A stretch of DNA of 64,000 nucleotides. Source: Malacoraja senta (Eukaryota). Within the stretch, counting starts at the first letter, position 1. The number at the start of each line of letters is the position of its first letter. The notes under the pieces were generated by a model. The model saw only the letters and a list, made by a program, of their open reading frames with translations. It did no database searches and was not told the DNA's origin. Shown in pieces: positions 38,480 to 51,168 of this stretch. Made by a program: the position numbers and the translations under genes. The stretch is from contig CM075992.1 in NCBI GenBank assembly GCA_038087875.1, forward strand, positions 5,148,001 to 5,212,000. The letters run 5' to 3'.

Positions 38480-39906
38480 CTACAAGCACAACACAGCCAC
38501 ACCTCACCTTCAGCACACATAGGTTAAGCAGAGGGGGGGGGGGAAAGATTTCATAGGAACCTGGGGCTAACTTTTTCACCCAAAGGGTGGTAGGTGTTCA
38601 TAGGTTCATAACTTCAAGTTGCAGAATTAGGCCATTCGGCCCATCAGGTTTACTCCACCATTCAATCATGGATGATCTATCTCGCCCTCTCAACCCCATA
38701 ACCCCAGACACCCTTGCTAATCAAGAATCTGTCAAACTCCACCTTAAAAATATCCATTGACTTGGCCTCCACAGCCATCTGTGGCAACGAATTCCCACAG
38801 ATTCACCACCCTCTGACAAAGGAAATCCCTTTCTAATTTCCTTTCTAAAGGTACATCCTGTTATTCTGAGTCGACGGCCTCTGGTCCTAGACACTCCCAC
38901 TAGTGTAAACATCCTCTCAACATTCACTCTATCCAGGCCTTTCACTATGTATGTAGTCACACAGTCACTGTGTATGGAACGAGGTAGTTGAGGCAACTAC
39001 TATTGCAACGTTTAAGAAATATTCAGACAGGTACATGGATAGGACAGGTTTAGAGGGATATGGGGGCCAAAGGTGTGGCGTAGATGAGACGTGTTGGCCG
39101 GTGTGGGTAAGTTGGGCCAAGGGGCCAGTTTCCACGCTGTAAGACTATGACTTTAATTCACACGACGTGTGATGTTCGTAGGCAAGTTCTGTGGTCCGTG
39201 GATTTCATATCACAGATGCAGGCCATTCGGCCCCACGCTTCATGCTGAATCAGCCTTCTTTTTATTGCCGTGGTATATCAATGAATCTGACACATGAAGC
39301 AGCTGCACATGAGCATACATGACTGGACCCCCCCCCCCCCTTCTTCCCCCTCCTCCCCATCCCCAATCTCTGCATATCCCCAATCCTTTCCACTTGTCAC
39401 TTTAATTTCATGTTCATGTATTTTGTGACTATGACTGTTCCTCTGCTGGGATAAATAAAGTTCTATCGTATCATACATCCACTCTATCCAGGCCTTTCCA
39501 AAGGGCCTGTTTCTGTGCTGTATTGCTATGACAATAGAAAATAGACAATAGGTGCAGGAGTAGGCCATCCGGCCCTTCGAGCCAGCACCGCCATTCACTG
39601 TGATCATGGCTGATCATCCCCAATCAGTACCCCGTTCCTGCCTTCTCCCCATATCCCTTGACTCCGCTATCTTTAACAGCTCTATCTAGCTCTCTCTTGA
39701 AAGCATCCAGAGAATTGGCCTCCACGACCTTCTGAGGCAGAGATTTCTAGGCACCACCATTTCCAGGACCAGAGGCTGTGGCCAGGATTGTGGGCCTCTA
39801 CATTGCACGACAGCTCAGCATAAAGCCACAGGAGTACCATACCTCAGCCCTCCCTCCTGGAATAAGCCCTTGCTTGGCTCTGGACCGCGCGGGGACATGC
39901 CATTAC

Positions 39907-40074
39907 CTGGGCCTCGGACATTCACGTCCATGCAGTCCGAGTCAACTCCCCCTGAGGTGGGGTCAGGGCCATGGAGGGAGGCATGCGGATGTCCGCTGCT
40001 GCAAGGTGATGTTGTGTCCACTGGCGACAGTCGACTGCATCCTCGCTATCCGACAGGGTGCTGGGTTCCTCCAC
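39907..40074 (-). CDS. NOTCH3: NOTCH3 exon between RAM and ANK (VEEPSTLSDSEDAVDCRQWTQHHLAAADIRMPPSMALTPPQGE..DSDCMDVNVRGP), one apparent 1-bp deletion
   Basis: tcAG acceptor and GTAATG donor. Length is 168 nt where the phases need 3n+1; frame shifts near 39944-39952. DCRQWTQHHL is NOTCH3-like. Confidence 0.9.
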
Positions 40075-40469
40075 CTGAGGAGCAGAAGAGTTATTGGAGT
40101 TGCAATCAGTTACGGTTATAGTTGGAAGTTGTGAACACTGCCCAGTCCATCACCGGCTCTGACCTCCCCACCACCGAAGGGATCTACCGGAGTCGCTGCC
40201 TCAACAATGCAGCCAACATCATCAGAGACCCACAGCATCCTGGCCACACACTCATTTCACCCTGCCATCGGGAAGAAGGTACAGGAGCCTGAAAACTGTA
40301 ACATCCAGGTTCAGGAACAGTGAAAACTGTAACATCTTCGTAGGAACAGCTTCGTCCCTACAGCCTTCAGGCTGTTCAACACTACAACCTCAAATACGCT
40401 CTGAACTACACAGACTATTATTGTTAAGATTGCACTTTTAAAGTTTGATTTTTATATGTGCGTAAATGT

Positions 40470-40471
<2 letters not shown>

Positions 40472-40561
<90 letters not shown>

Positions 40562-40574
40562 AAGAGAGAGAGTA

Positions 40575-40655
<81 letters not shown>

Positions 40656-40678
40656 GTAAAGAGAGAGAGAAAAGAGAG

Positions 40679-40740
<62 letters not shown>

Positions 40741-40773
40741 GATAGGTAGATAGATAGATAGTAGATAGATAGA
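40472..40773. repeat. Compound microsatellite (GT)n-(GA)n-(GATA)n
   Basis: Seen directly. Confidence 0.98.
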
Positions 40774-42016
40774 TGCTGATCTGCTGTAAAAACGGACCCC
40801 GTGCATGTACCGAGACAAGTATTGTTTTTGCTTCTCTTGCCAATAAAACTGATTTGCAACTAAAAAAATTAAAAAAAGAGAGTGTGTGTGTGTATGAGAT
40901 TTTACATATTAAAAAATGTCAGTGTGTACACTCGCTGTGTATACATGTGAGTATACACACTGAACTTTTTTTTTCTCGATTATTATATTCTATACAGATA
41001 GAACAATGAAATTCTTACTTGACGCAGCACAACAGGGTATGTAAACACAGCACACTGGTGGGGAGGTCAGAACCGTGATGGACTGGACAATGGTCACAAC
41101 TTTTTGCAGTCAAGTTGCCGAGCCAGGCTGTGATACCTACAATGGGACTGAAGAGTCCTATCTACCGCCTGCCATGACAGCAAGGCTCCCTCAGAGGACT
41201 AGGTCATCTCCAAGTGCAGAGTAACAGTGATGCAAAGGAGCTTCGGTTGATAAAGACCCTGCTGGCCACTTGGATTGCCTTAACACAACACTGACGTCAG
41301 GAAAGTGCAAGGACCTTCCTCAGGCACTGTGCAAAACATTGTGGTTCCCACAACATATTGTGGTGTCGAGGGCTGGGCAGGAGCTGAATCAATAGCTTTG
41401 GACGGGTACAAGGATCGAAGAGGTTTACAGGGAATTGCAGGCAGAACTGTATCAGCCAGAGGATGATTGCAATCCGGAAAACACTAGCTGAGGGGAGGTA
41501 GAGGTAAAAGCTCTTGCACTATATCTTGCCAAGCACTTGAAGTGGGAAGTCATAAAAACGTACCCGCCAGGTGATGGTAATTGTATTAGAGATGGGACTT
41601 TATGGTCAGCATGGGCATGTTGGGCCAAAGGGGCCTGTTCTCTATATATTGAGCCTTTGGCCCTATACATACTTGCGGGGGCAAAGAAAATTGCAGTGTA
41701 GTTGGGCATCACAGTGGCACATGGTAAAGTTGTTGCCTCCCAGCGCTAGAGACCTGGGTTCGATCCTGACCTCGGGTGCTGTCTGTGTGGAGTTTGCATG
41801 TTCTCCCTGTGATTGCGTGGGTTTCCTCCAACGTGCGGGTTTGCAGGTTAACTGGCCTCTGTAAAATTGCCCCAGTGTGCAGGGAGTGAATGATTAAGTG
41901 GGATAACATTGAACTAGTGTGACTCTGTTGGACAAAGGGCTAGTTTCCATGCTGTATATGGAAACTAAGGTGAAAGGAACAGGTCATAGCGTGAACGAAA
42001 CGTAAAGAGGGATCAC

Positions 42017-42119
42017 CTTAAGCCTCTTTGCCTCAGGACATTCGGTGTCCAACCACTGCCCAGTCTGCAGGTCTCGATCGCTGATCAGACCCTCCTCCAC
42101 CATCGATTTGGAGATGTGC
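42017..42119 (-). CDS. NOTCH3: NOTCH3 RAM/NLS exon (HISKSMVEEGLISDRDLQTGQWLDTECPEAKRLK)
   Basis: 103 nt with accAG acceptor and GTGATC donor; DTECPEAKRLK is characteristic of NOTCH3. Confidence 0.92.
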
Positions 42120-42468
42120 CTGGTAGAAACATGATGACAACGAATGTAAACCAGGCCCTGGAAGGTTCTTTGACTAGGACCTAACTGCTGGCAGCAGGAA
42201 AGCCACGAGGCCTAAGTAACGGTGTTGACTATGGCATGCATTCTCTTTGAATCAGACATTACACAATCAATCGTAATTGATCGGGGCAGCACGATGGCGC
42301 AGCGGTAGAGTTGCTGCCTTACAACGCTAGAGACCCAGGTTCGATCCTGACCACGGATGCTGTCTGTAGGGAGTTTGTACATTCTCCCACATTCCATAGA
42401 CGTACAGGTTTGTAGGTTAATTGGCTTGGGACAAAAGTAAAAATTGTCCCTAGTGTGGGATAGCGTTA

Positions 42469-42893
42469 AGGACCTGTCCCATTTTCGTGACCTTTACAGG
42501 CGACTGCCGGCACCCGTGCTAGTTCGCCGAGATTTTCACGTCGAAAATTCAGCGGCGACCAGAAAGACGCTACGACTCTTTGGAGACCTCTCACCACCAT
42601 TGGAGACCTCTCATGACCAGGGTTGTGAGAGGTCTCCTATGGTTGTGAGAGGTCACCTGCGACATGTCGCCAGGGGTCGCCTGTATGGTCGTGAGAGGTC
42701 TCCTATGGTTGTGAGAGGTCACCTGCGACATGTCGCCTATGGTCGTGAGAGGTCTCCTATGGTCATGAGAGGTCTCCAAAGAGTCGTGGCGCCTTTCTGG
42801 TCGCCGCTGATTTTTCAACGTGCTGAAAATTTTGGCGACCTATGACGAGTCACGGCAGTCGCCTGTAAAGGTCGCGTAAGTGGGACAGGCCCT
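42469..42893. mobile_element. PIF/Harbinger-type MITE inserted into a SINE
   Basis: AGGACCTGTCCC ... GGGACAGGCCCT; TTA TSD at 42466-42468 and 42894-42896; internal repeats (ggtcgtgagaggtctcctat); the SINE continues on both sides. Confidence 0.85.
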
Positions 42894-43050
42894 TTAGTGT
42901 GTGGGGATCGCTGGTCAGTACGCACTCGATGGGAAGCAGAACCTAATTCCACGCTGTATCTCTAACATAAAGTAAACTAGGATGGGGGAGGGATATGACG
43001 GCAGTGAAGATGGACTCCAGCATGGCCCATGGTAGAGGCTGAGGACTTAC

Positions 43051-43267
43051 TTCATTCCCAGGGCATCCTGTCCCACCGGCTCGCGGCGGTTCTTGTTGCT
43101 GTTGTCCTTCTTCAGGGTGAATCCCTCGGGGAACCAGAGCAGGCTCTGCTCCCGCTTGCGCCGGGCCACCAGCACGCCCAGGATGAGGATGACGGTGAGG
43201 ATGACGGCAGCGACGATCATCAGTGGCAGGAGGTTCATGGGGGCCGGCGGCAGCGGCAGCTGCTCGC
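43051..43267 (-). CDS. NOTCH3: NOTCH3 transmembrane plus RAM exon ([38 protein letters not shown]...[13 protein letters not shown])
   Basis: 217 nt, AG/GT bounded. Hydrophobic TM segment, RRKR stop-transfer, CSL-binding LWFP motif and NOTCH3-type [11 protein letters not shown]. Confidence 0.96.
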
Positions 43268-44311
43268 CTGCGGGACGGGCAAACAACACGAGTCAAGAGC
43301 CGTCTCATCCTCCGATGTCCCGAAACACCAACAGTTAAAATTCTTACTTGCGCCAGCACAACAGGTTTGTAAACATGAAGAGAGAGACAAAAACCTGGAG
43401 TAACTCAGTGGGACATCCAGTTGAGACATTGGAATTTAGAAGGATGAGAGAGGATCTTATACAAATATATAAAATTATTAGGGGATTGGACACGCTAGAC
43501 GCAGGAAAAATGCTCCCCATGTTGGGGGAGTCCAGAACCAGGGGGTCACAGTTTAAGAATAAGGGGTAGGCCATTTAGGACTGAGATTAGGGATTTTCAC
43601 CCAGAGAGTTGTGAATCTGTTGAATCTCTGCCACAGAAGACAGTGGCCAATTCACTGGATATATTCAAGAGAGTTAGATTTAGCTCTTAGGGCTAACTGA
43701 ATCAAGGGGTACGTGGAGAAAGCAGGAACGGGGTACTATTTTGGATGATCAGCCACGATAATATTGAATGGCAGTGCTGGCTCGAAGGGCTGAATGGCCT
43801 ACTCCTGCACCTATATTCTATGTTTCTATGTTTCTCTGGGACAGGCAGCATCTCAGGAGAGAAGGAATGGGTGACATTTCGGATCGAGACCCTTCTTCAG
43901 TCTGAACAAAGGGTCTCGACCTGATACATCACCCACTCCTTCTGTCCAGAGATGCTGCCTGACCCGCTGAGTTACTCCAGCATTTTGGAGTCTACCTTTG
44001 GTTTAAACAAGCATCTGCAGTTCCTTCCTTCACAGGTTTGTAATCACAGTGCTCAATAGATAATGTAATATAGAAACATAAAGATAATTCAATAAATTTA
44101 AAAAACTAATTTAGTGCAAATGAGCAAAATAAAGCCTGAAGTCCCTAGTGACAACCAAAGGTTCTGAAGAGGGTTTCGGCCCGAAACGTTGCCTATTTCC
44201 TTCGCTCCATAGATGCTGCCTCACCCGCAGAGTTTCTCCAGCATTTTTGTCTACCTGAAGCAATTTTGGTGCCCAGTTTCCCCACGCAGTGAGAGAAGGA
44301 GAGACACTTAC

Positions 44312-44460
44312 TGTCGACATCTTTGATGGGGTACGGGAAGTGTAGGCTGCCGACTGTGGACAGGGCCCCGATGTAGGCGGCCGCGCTCTCTGCCGTTGGG
44401 AAGCATTCGCCCGTCGCCTGCAGGCACAGGCGGTTGTCGATCTCCAGGTTCACCTTGGAC
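44312..44460 (-). CDS. NOTCH3: NOTCH3 HD-C (NODP) exon (SKVNLEIDNRLCLQATGECFPTAESAAAYIGALSTVGSLHFPYPIKDVD)
   Basis: 149 nt with tgcAG acceptor and GTAAGT donor; LEIDNRLC motif. Confidence 0.95.
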
Positions 44461-46214
44461 CTGCACAGACAGGGCTCAACGTCAGACTCCACGGGACAGT
44501 GTTAACGGGGAGAGCAAGCCGGTCGACGGAGCTGGTCAGGGTGGTTCGTCTCATCTCCGTGGGGAACAGGCGCGCGGGGTTCCAACATCCCAATCTTCCC
44601 CGCGGTACAGAAGTGTGAAAACGCACGCCTCCAGATTCAGGGACAGTTTCTTCCCGGCTGTTATCAGGCAACTGAACCATCCTACCACAACCAGAGAGCA
44701 GTGCTGAACTACTATCTAACTCATCGGTGACCCTCGGACTATCTTTGATCGGACTTTACTGGCTTTACCTTGCACTAAACGTTATTCCCTTATCATGTAT
44801 CTGTACACTGTGGACGGCTCGATTGTAATCATGTATTTGTCTTTCCGCTGACTGGTTAACACGCAACAAAAGCTTTTCACTGGAGCTCGGTACACGTGAC
44901 AATAAACTAAACTGAACTGAACAGTCTGGCAGCATCTATGAAGCGAAGGAAATAGACAACGTTTCGGGCCGAAACGTTGCCCATTTCCTTCGCTCCATAG
45001 ATGCTGCCTCACCGCTGAGTTCCTCCAGCATTTTTGTCTACCTTTTTCTAGCATCTGCAGTTTTTTCCTCAAACATGAACTGAACAGTCTGCCTTCCGAC
45101 CAATTCCAGGATTCCAGGATTGAATTCTCCAATTTTGGTAACCCAACCCACAGATAACCCCTTCCACTTATTTATCCGCTATTTCCCCCTCTCTACCCTG
45201 TGCTTGACCTGGATTTGCACCCATTTCTCTCCCTCCGCCTCTCCCATCCTCTTTCACCTACTATCCTTCCTCTGACTTCACAATTCGCACTTTTCCCACC
45301 CTTATCTCAAACCTTACCTTTTCACCTTTGGCCGGCTACCTGCCTCTCGCATGTATCCACCTATCACTTGCCAGGTTTTGTCTTGCCCCCCACTTCTCTC
45401 CCCCTACCACCCCCCCCCCCCCCACCCCCGACAACCACTCTGAAGAAGGGTCCCGACCCAAAATGTTCTCCAGAGATGCTGCCTGACCCGCAGAGATGCT
45501 CCAGCAATTCGTGCCTTTTAAAAAAACAAACAGCATCTGCGGTATCGTGTGTCTTCTAGGATGTTTCACAGCCTGACTCCATTACCTGCAAACACTCCCA
45601 TCTCAATCATGAGGGGCAAAGATAGGATGAATGCATCACGTCTATTACCCAGAGCAGGGGAATCAGGAACCAGGGGACATAGGTTTAAGGTGAGGGGGAG
45701 AGATTTAATAGGAAGCTAAGGGGCAATTCTTTCCACACAGAGGGTGGTGGGTTTGTGGAACGAGCTGCCAGAGGAAGTAGCTGAGGCAGTGTAGATCAGT
45801 GTCACTCGTGTTATGAGTCAAGCTTTGGTAGTTACGCCCACTTGCTTTTACAGTAGCCCTCCCTGCCTGTTCCCTTTAGAATTAGAAAGAGGTGCTAGCG
45901 TGAAGTTATATATGCTCTGTCGTTAATAAAGCCTTTGGATCTTTGTCATGGTGGAAGGATTCAGTTATTACAACAGCCGAAACACAACAGGCAGGTAATA
46001 TAACAACACTTTGGATAGGAAAGGGTTAGAGGGATGTGGGCCAAACACAGGCAGGTGGGGATAGCGTAGATGGGGCTTGGTGGTTGGCAAGGGTAAGGGC
46101 CGGTTTCTGTTCTGTCTGGCTCTATGTCTAAGGACAGCAAGATGGGATAAAGGAAGGGAGGGGGAACTGGGAGGGAACGGGAGGCAGCGGGAACCGGGAA
46201 CGGGAACCCCTTAC

Positions 46215-46564
46215 CCGATGACCTCCTGTTCCGGCTCGCGCCGGACCCGGCTAGGGCGGCCGAGCGTTTGCCGATCCGGGAGCTGGCGCCGTAGTAGGGG
46301 TAGATCATGTACTGGCCGCTGCTGTCCTTCTTGAAGCGGAGGGTGGCGCGCAGGATGGAGCCCAGCTTCTGCAGGAAGTTGGCGCTGCTCTGGAGCAGCT
46401 GGTCGGGGGGCAGCAGCACGATGACGATGAGGGTGCCCTCGGCCAGGCGCGCTGGCACGTCCGAGGCACAGTCCAGCCCGTCCCAGCCACACTCCTCGTT
46501 GTTGCAGCCCTGGTCGCAGCGCTGGTCCGCGTAGTGGTCTGCACAGTACTTCTCGTACAACGGG
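46215..46564 (-). CDS. NOTCH3: NOTCH3 LNR3/HD-N exon with S1 furin site (RVRR|E), one apparent 1-bp deletion
   Basis: cgcAG acceptor and GTAAGG donor; [32 protein letters not shown]. Length is 350 nt where the phases need 351; the frame shifts near 46254-46256 to [13 protein letters not shown]. Confidence 0.93.
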
Positions 46565-47399
46565 CTGCGGACAGACACATGGTCAGTGCGGGTGTCGGGG
46601 GTACGGGGAGAAGGGGGAGAGGTAGATCAGCCACGACTGAATGGCGGAGTAGACTCGATGGGCCAAATGGCCTAATTCTTCTCCTATCACTTATGACCTT
46701 ATGACCTTATGACATGGCAACCCCCCCCCCCCCTCCCGTGGCACTGCCCATGGATGGAGCAAGGTTGTTCCTGCCCACGGGCACCCTGCATGGCATGCTT
46801 GTCATCATCTACTCTCAACCTCCCACCATCATATCTACGCCACTAGTGCAGCGGGTAGAGCTGCTGCCTCACAGCACCAGAGCACCCGGCTTCCATCCTG
46901 ACCTCGGATACTGCCCGTGTGGAGTTTGCACCTTCTCTCTGTGACCACCTGGGTAATACAGTTTCCTCCCACATCCTATAGTATATAAAACACTACATAT
47001 CAAATGACGATGTTACTGTCCTGATCCAGGATGCAGTTAACCCCCCCCCCCCCCTCCCCCTCACGACCCCTCCATGATGTCCGTAAGGAATCGCGGGTTC
47101 TCTCTCAATGGACACCTGAGCACCGACGTGACCCCAGAAAAGGGGCAGGCAGTCGGCTCAGGCAGTGCCCTCGACTGCCTGGCACCGTGACCCATGAATG
47201 GCCAGCTTGGCCCAGGCCCAGGAGCAACCCAACCAGGACATTATCTGTTTTACCCAGACGCTCCCCTACGCAGCGTCAACAGTCAAGAGTGTTTTATTGT
47301 CATACGTCCCAAATAGAACAATGACATGATTACTTGCAGCAGCACAACACAATATGTAACATAGTACACTGTATAAATAGAATAAGTGAGAAAAAAGGG

Positions 47400-48052
47400 T
47401 ATATATGTATATACACACACACACATATACACACACACATACTTTACATATACACACACATACATACATACACATATATATACACACCTACATACACACA
47501 TACTGTACATATACACACACACATACACACATACATACACACATACACACACATAAATATATACATACACACATACACATACACTGAAGAAGGGTTTCGG
47601 CCCGATACGTTGCCTATTTCCTTCGCTCCATAGATGCTGCTGCACCCGCTGAGTTTCTCCAGCATTTTTGTGTACCTACACATATACATACACATATACA
47701 CACACCTACATACACACATACTGTACATACACATATATACACACATACACATATACCTACACACATACTTATATACACACCTACATACACACATACTGTA
47801 CATATACACACACATATATACATACACACACATACACATATACCTACACACATACTCATATATACACACCTACATACTGTACATATACACACACACACAT
47901 ATACACACACACTTTACATACACACACACAGTACATATACACACATACATGCATACACACACACATATATATATACAAACATACTGTACATATACACACA
48001 CATATATACACACAAACATGCACACACACTGTATATATACACACACACACAC
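47400..48052. repeat. Degenerate (CA/TA)n microsatellite interrupted by a Penelope-type short repeat (about 47584-47676)
   Basis: Seen directly. Confidence 0.95.
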
Positions 48053-48193
48053 ATTAAAAAAATTAAGCAATCAATAATAGTGTAAAAAGAAAACAACACA
48101 AAGAATAATAGCCTAAAGACGAGGATGTTGGGCCTAAAATGGAGGCAGTAAGCACGGAGCAGCCCCTTGAAATATTCCAATTGCTGAACTTAC

Positions 48194-48711
48194 TTGCATG
48201 CGCGCTCTTGGCTCTGGCAGTCGAAGTTGTCGTAGAGACACTCGTGGCTGTTGCAGATCTCGTCGCAGACGTTGTTGTTGAAGTGGCTCCGGCAGTGCTG
48301 GAAGCTGCACTCCTTCCAGGGGTTGTCGACAGAGAGTGAGCAGTCCCCGCCATCCCACAGGCAGCTGTGGGTGTTGCACTGCCGGTCGCACTCGCCGTCG
48401 CCAGCCTTGCGCTGGCACTCCGCCAGGGGGCACGGCGGCTCCTTGAGAGGCGGGGTGTACACCCGGAGGATCTCGCAGTGCTGCCCTCCAAACTCCTTGG
48501 GGCACAGGCAGTGGTAGAAGGGGGCCTGGCGGGCCGGCCTACACAGCCCGCCGTTGCGGCAGGGGCGGCTGGAGCAGGTAGCGTTGGCGCCGGTGCTGGG
48601 CTGCGGTTGGCAGCGGGCACCCAGAGGGGTGTCGATGCACAGCTCGCTGCTCCGGCACCCCAGGCTCCGGCATGTCAGGACGCTGCGCTCGCAGTTGGGC
48701 CCGGTGTAGCT
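48194..48711 (-). CDS. NOTCH3: NOTCH3 exon with the last EGF repeats plus LNR1-LNR2
   Basis: 518 nt with tgcAG acceptor and GTAAGT donor; CDRQCNTHSCLWDGGDC and CDEICNSHECLYDNFDC LNR motifs (ORF 48190..48807). Confidence 0.96.
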
Positions 48712-48973
48712 CTGCAAGAGAAGACCAGGCATCGAGTTATTCTCCCCTGCGGCAAGGTGGTTCAGCTTTAGGGTTACCTCCTTACAGCACCAGAGACCCA
48801 GGTTCAATCCTGACTACGGGTGCTGTCTGTACAGAGTTTGTACCTTCTCCCCGTGACCACGTGGGTTTTCTCCAGGTGCTCCGGTTTCCTCCCACACTCC
48901 AAAGTCGTACAGGTTTGTAGGTTAATTGACTTGGTATCAGTGTAAAATTGTCCCTAGTGTGTGTAGGTGTTAG

Positions 48974-49365
48974 CAAAGATCCTATAGCGAGCAAGATAGT
49001 CCACTCAACGAAAAAGACGTAGTACGGTCATGGGTAGATTCATGGGCAATTTTCTGCCCCATTTCCGTAACCGGCTTCCGTATCCGCACCAAAGATCCCA
49101 TAGCGGAGCAAAGATACTAGTGCGGAGACGGAAGCCGGTTACGGAAACATCCTCGTAAAAATAAAAGTTCTTTAGTAAAAATCTTCTCCTCATTTTCAGA
49201 ATTATAATTTATTATCCCCGCAACGTTGATTACACTGCGAGTCGGGTCGGCTCCGGTTACTGAAATGGATGAAAAAAAGGCCCACGTTCCGCTCCGTTGC
49301 GTACTACACGTCAGCCCATTGCATTTAGCAGGAGTGGTCTATCTTGTCCCGCTATAGGATCTTTG
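48974..49365. mobile_element. hAT-type non-autonomous DNA transposon (MITE) inserted into a SINE
   Basis: Perfect 16-bp TIR CAAAGATCCTATAGCG / CGCTATAGGATCTTTG; 8-bp TSD GGTGTTAG at 48966-48973 and 49366-49373. Confidence 0.88.
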
Positions 49366-50529
49366 GGTGTTAGTGCGCGGGGATTGTAGGTTGGTGCGGA
49401 CTCGGTGGGCCAAAGGCCCTGTCTCCGCACTGTATCTCTAAACTAAACTAATCGCATCCTTCAGCAGATGGAGGAGAGGAACGAGCTGGGGTCTTGCCTC
49501 CCCTGCCCTCTAGGACATGAGAGACCGTGTGAGGCGAGGGGCGGCACTTTCACAAGTCTGTGTGTGGGTGGAGTGGGCCGCTGGAGGCCCTGCAGCAGCC
49601 TGGGGCTCGACTGGATCGGGCACCGCTCTAAGTTCAGATAGTGAATAGTGAAAGGCCTGGATAGAGTGGATGTGCGGAGGATGTTTCCACTCGTGGGAGA
49701 GTCTAGGACCAGAGGCCATAACCTCCGAATAGTGGGCAGATGCTGCCTGACCTTAGTTTACTGATTTAGTTTTTATTTCAGATTTTTGGCATCTGCAGCG
49801 TACTGGGGTTCCAATTCACATGTAATTGAAGCTGATGAAAGGTCACCAATCAAAAACTCTGTGTTTCCCTCTCCACAGTCACTGCCCGACCTGCTGAGTA
49901 TTTCACGATCATCGTGATAGTGCGGGGGTACGGGGTGATCGCTGGTCGGCACGGACTCGGTGGGCCGAAGGGCCTGTTTCCACACCGTGTCTCTAGTGTC
50001 TGAAGTGAAATCGAAAGTCTAAAAGTAAGTGCAGGACAAACTGGATAAAATGCAGGTGCCGCAAATCTGAAATGTTGGCCGATGGGACATGTTGGCCGAG
50101 AAAATGCCAGAAACCCCGAGGGTTAGCAGGTCAGGAAACATCTGTGAGGGGATAGTTTCAGATTGAGTAGCACATCATAGACAGATAGATGGACATGCAT
50201 AGGACAGGTTTGGAGGGATACGGATTTGAATTTCATGTAATTTACATGAATGGTATATGGTACCATAGTCCGGACTGTAGACTGTAGAATGTAGCACAGG
50301 ATCAGGCCCTTCCACCCACAGTATCTGTGCCAATGCATCTCCTCTGCTGCATGTGACCCATATTTCCCAATTCCCTGCATATCTAGGTGCCTAACTAAAA
50401 CCTGCCCAGAACAGCTCCTTTAGTATTTGCCCATTTAAGACACATTTGGACAGGTACATGGATAGGACAGGGAGAGAGAGGTATAAGCGAAAAGCAGGCA
50501 GGTGGGACCAGTGTAGGTGGGGGCAAGGT

Positions 50530-50921
50530 GGGGCTTGCCCCCACCTACATTAAAACTCTTCTCACCCACCACTCCACCTCCAGGCCCCTCAGATCGGCCG
50601 ACTTGGGGTTGCTGAATATCCCGCGGTCTAGGCATAAGCTCAGGGGCGACCGCGCCTTTGCGGTTGCAGCTCCTAGACTGTGGAACAGCATCCCCCTTCC
50701 CATCAGAACTGCCCCCTCCATCGACTCCTTTAAGTCAAGACTAAAAACTTATCTATACTCCCAAGCCTTTCTTGACGTCCTCTGAGCGAGGGCTATATGT
50801 ATATATGTATGTAGTTTGTTTGTTTATACTATTCTTATAACAAATGTAAAGCACTTTGGCCAACGAGAGTTGTTTTTTAAATGTGCTATATAAATAAATG
50901 TGACTTGACTTGACTTGACTT
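50530..50921 (+). mobile_element. L2-clade LINE 3' fragment
   Basis: GLAPTYI...LRSAD...GDRAFAVAAPRLWNSIP...FKSRLKTYL; (TGACT)n tail; nested in a HER1-like tail. Confidence 0.88.
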
Positions 50922-51055
50922 GTTGGCCGATGTGGACAAGTTGGGCTGAAGGTCCTGTTTCACCGCTGTATGACTGTAGAGGTGGATCGGCCATGCCGTT
51001 GGGGTCTCGGCGGAAGGGATTTGCGACGAAGGGTCACGGTGGTACGGTCACTCAC

Positions 51056-51168
51056 CAGCTGGCACTTGCAGGTGTAGCCCAGGGGGGTGTTGACTGTGAC
51101 CTTGCAGTGGCCTCCATTCTGACAGGGCTGCGAGTCGCACATGTTGACCACACTCTTGCAGTGGCGGC
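51056..51168 (-). CDS. NOTCH3: NOTCH3 EGF exon (GRHCKSVVNMCDSQPCQNGGHCKVTVNTPLGYTCKCQL)
   Basis: 113 nt with tccAG acceptor and GTGAGT donor; phases consistent with neighbours. Confidence 0.94.

Noticed and set aside
40424..40859. Long SL/ER/HT-repeat ORFs (also 47266-48180 and 57301-57864)
   Set aside because: Translations of microsatellites, not genes.
42580..42780. Short interspersed direct repeats resembling a CRISPR array
   Set aside because: Eukaryotic context and no unique spacers; these are internal repeats of a TIR-bounded MITE.
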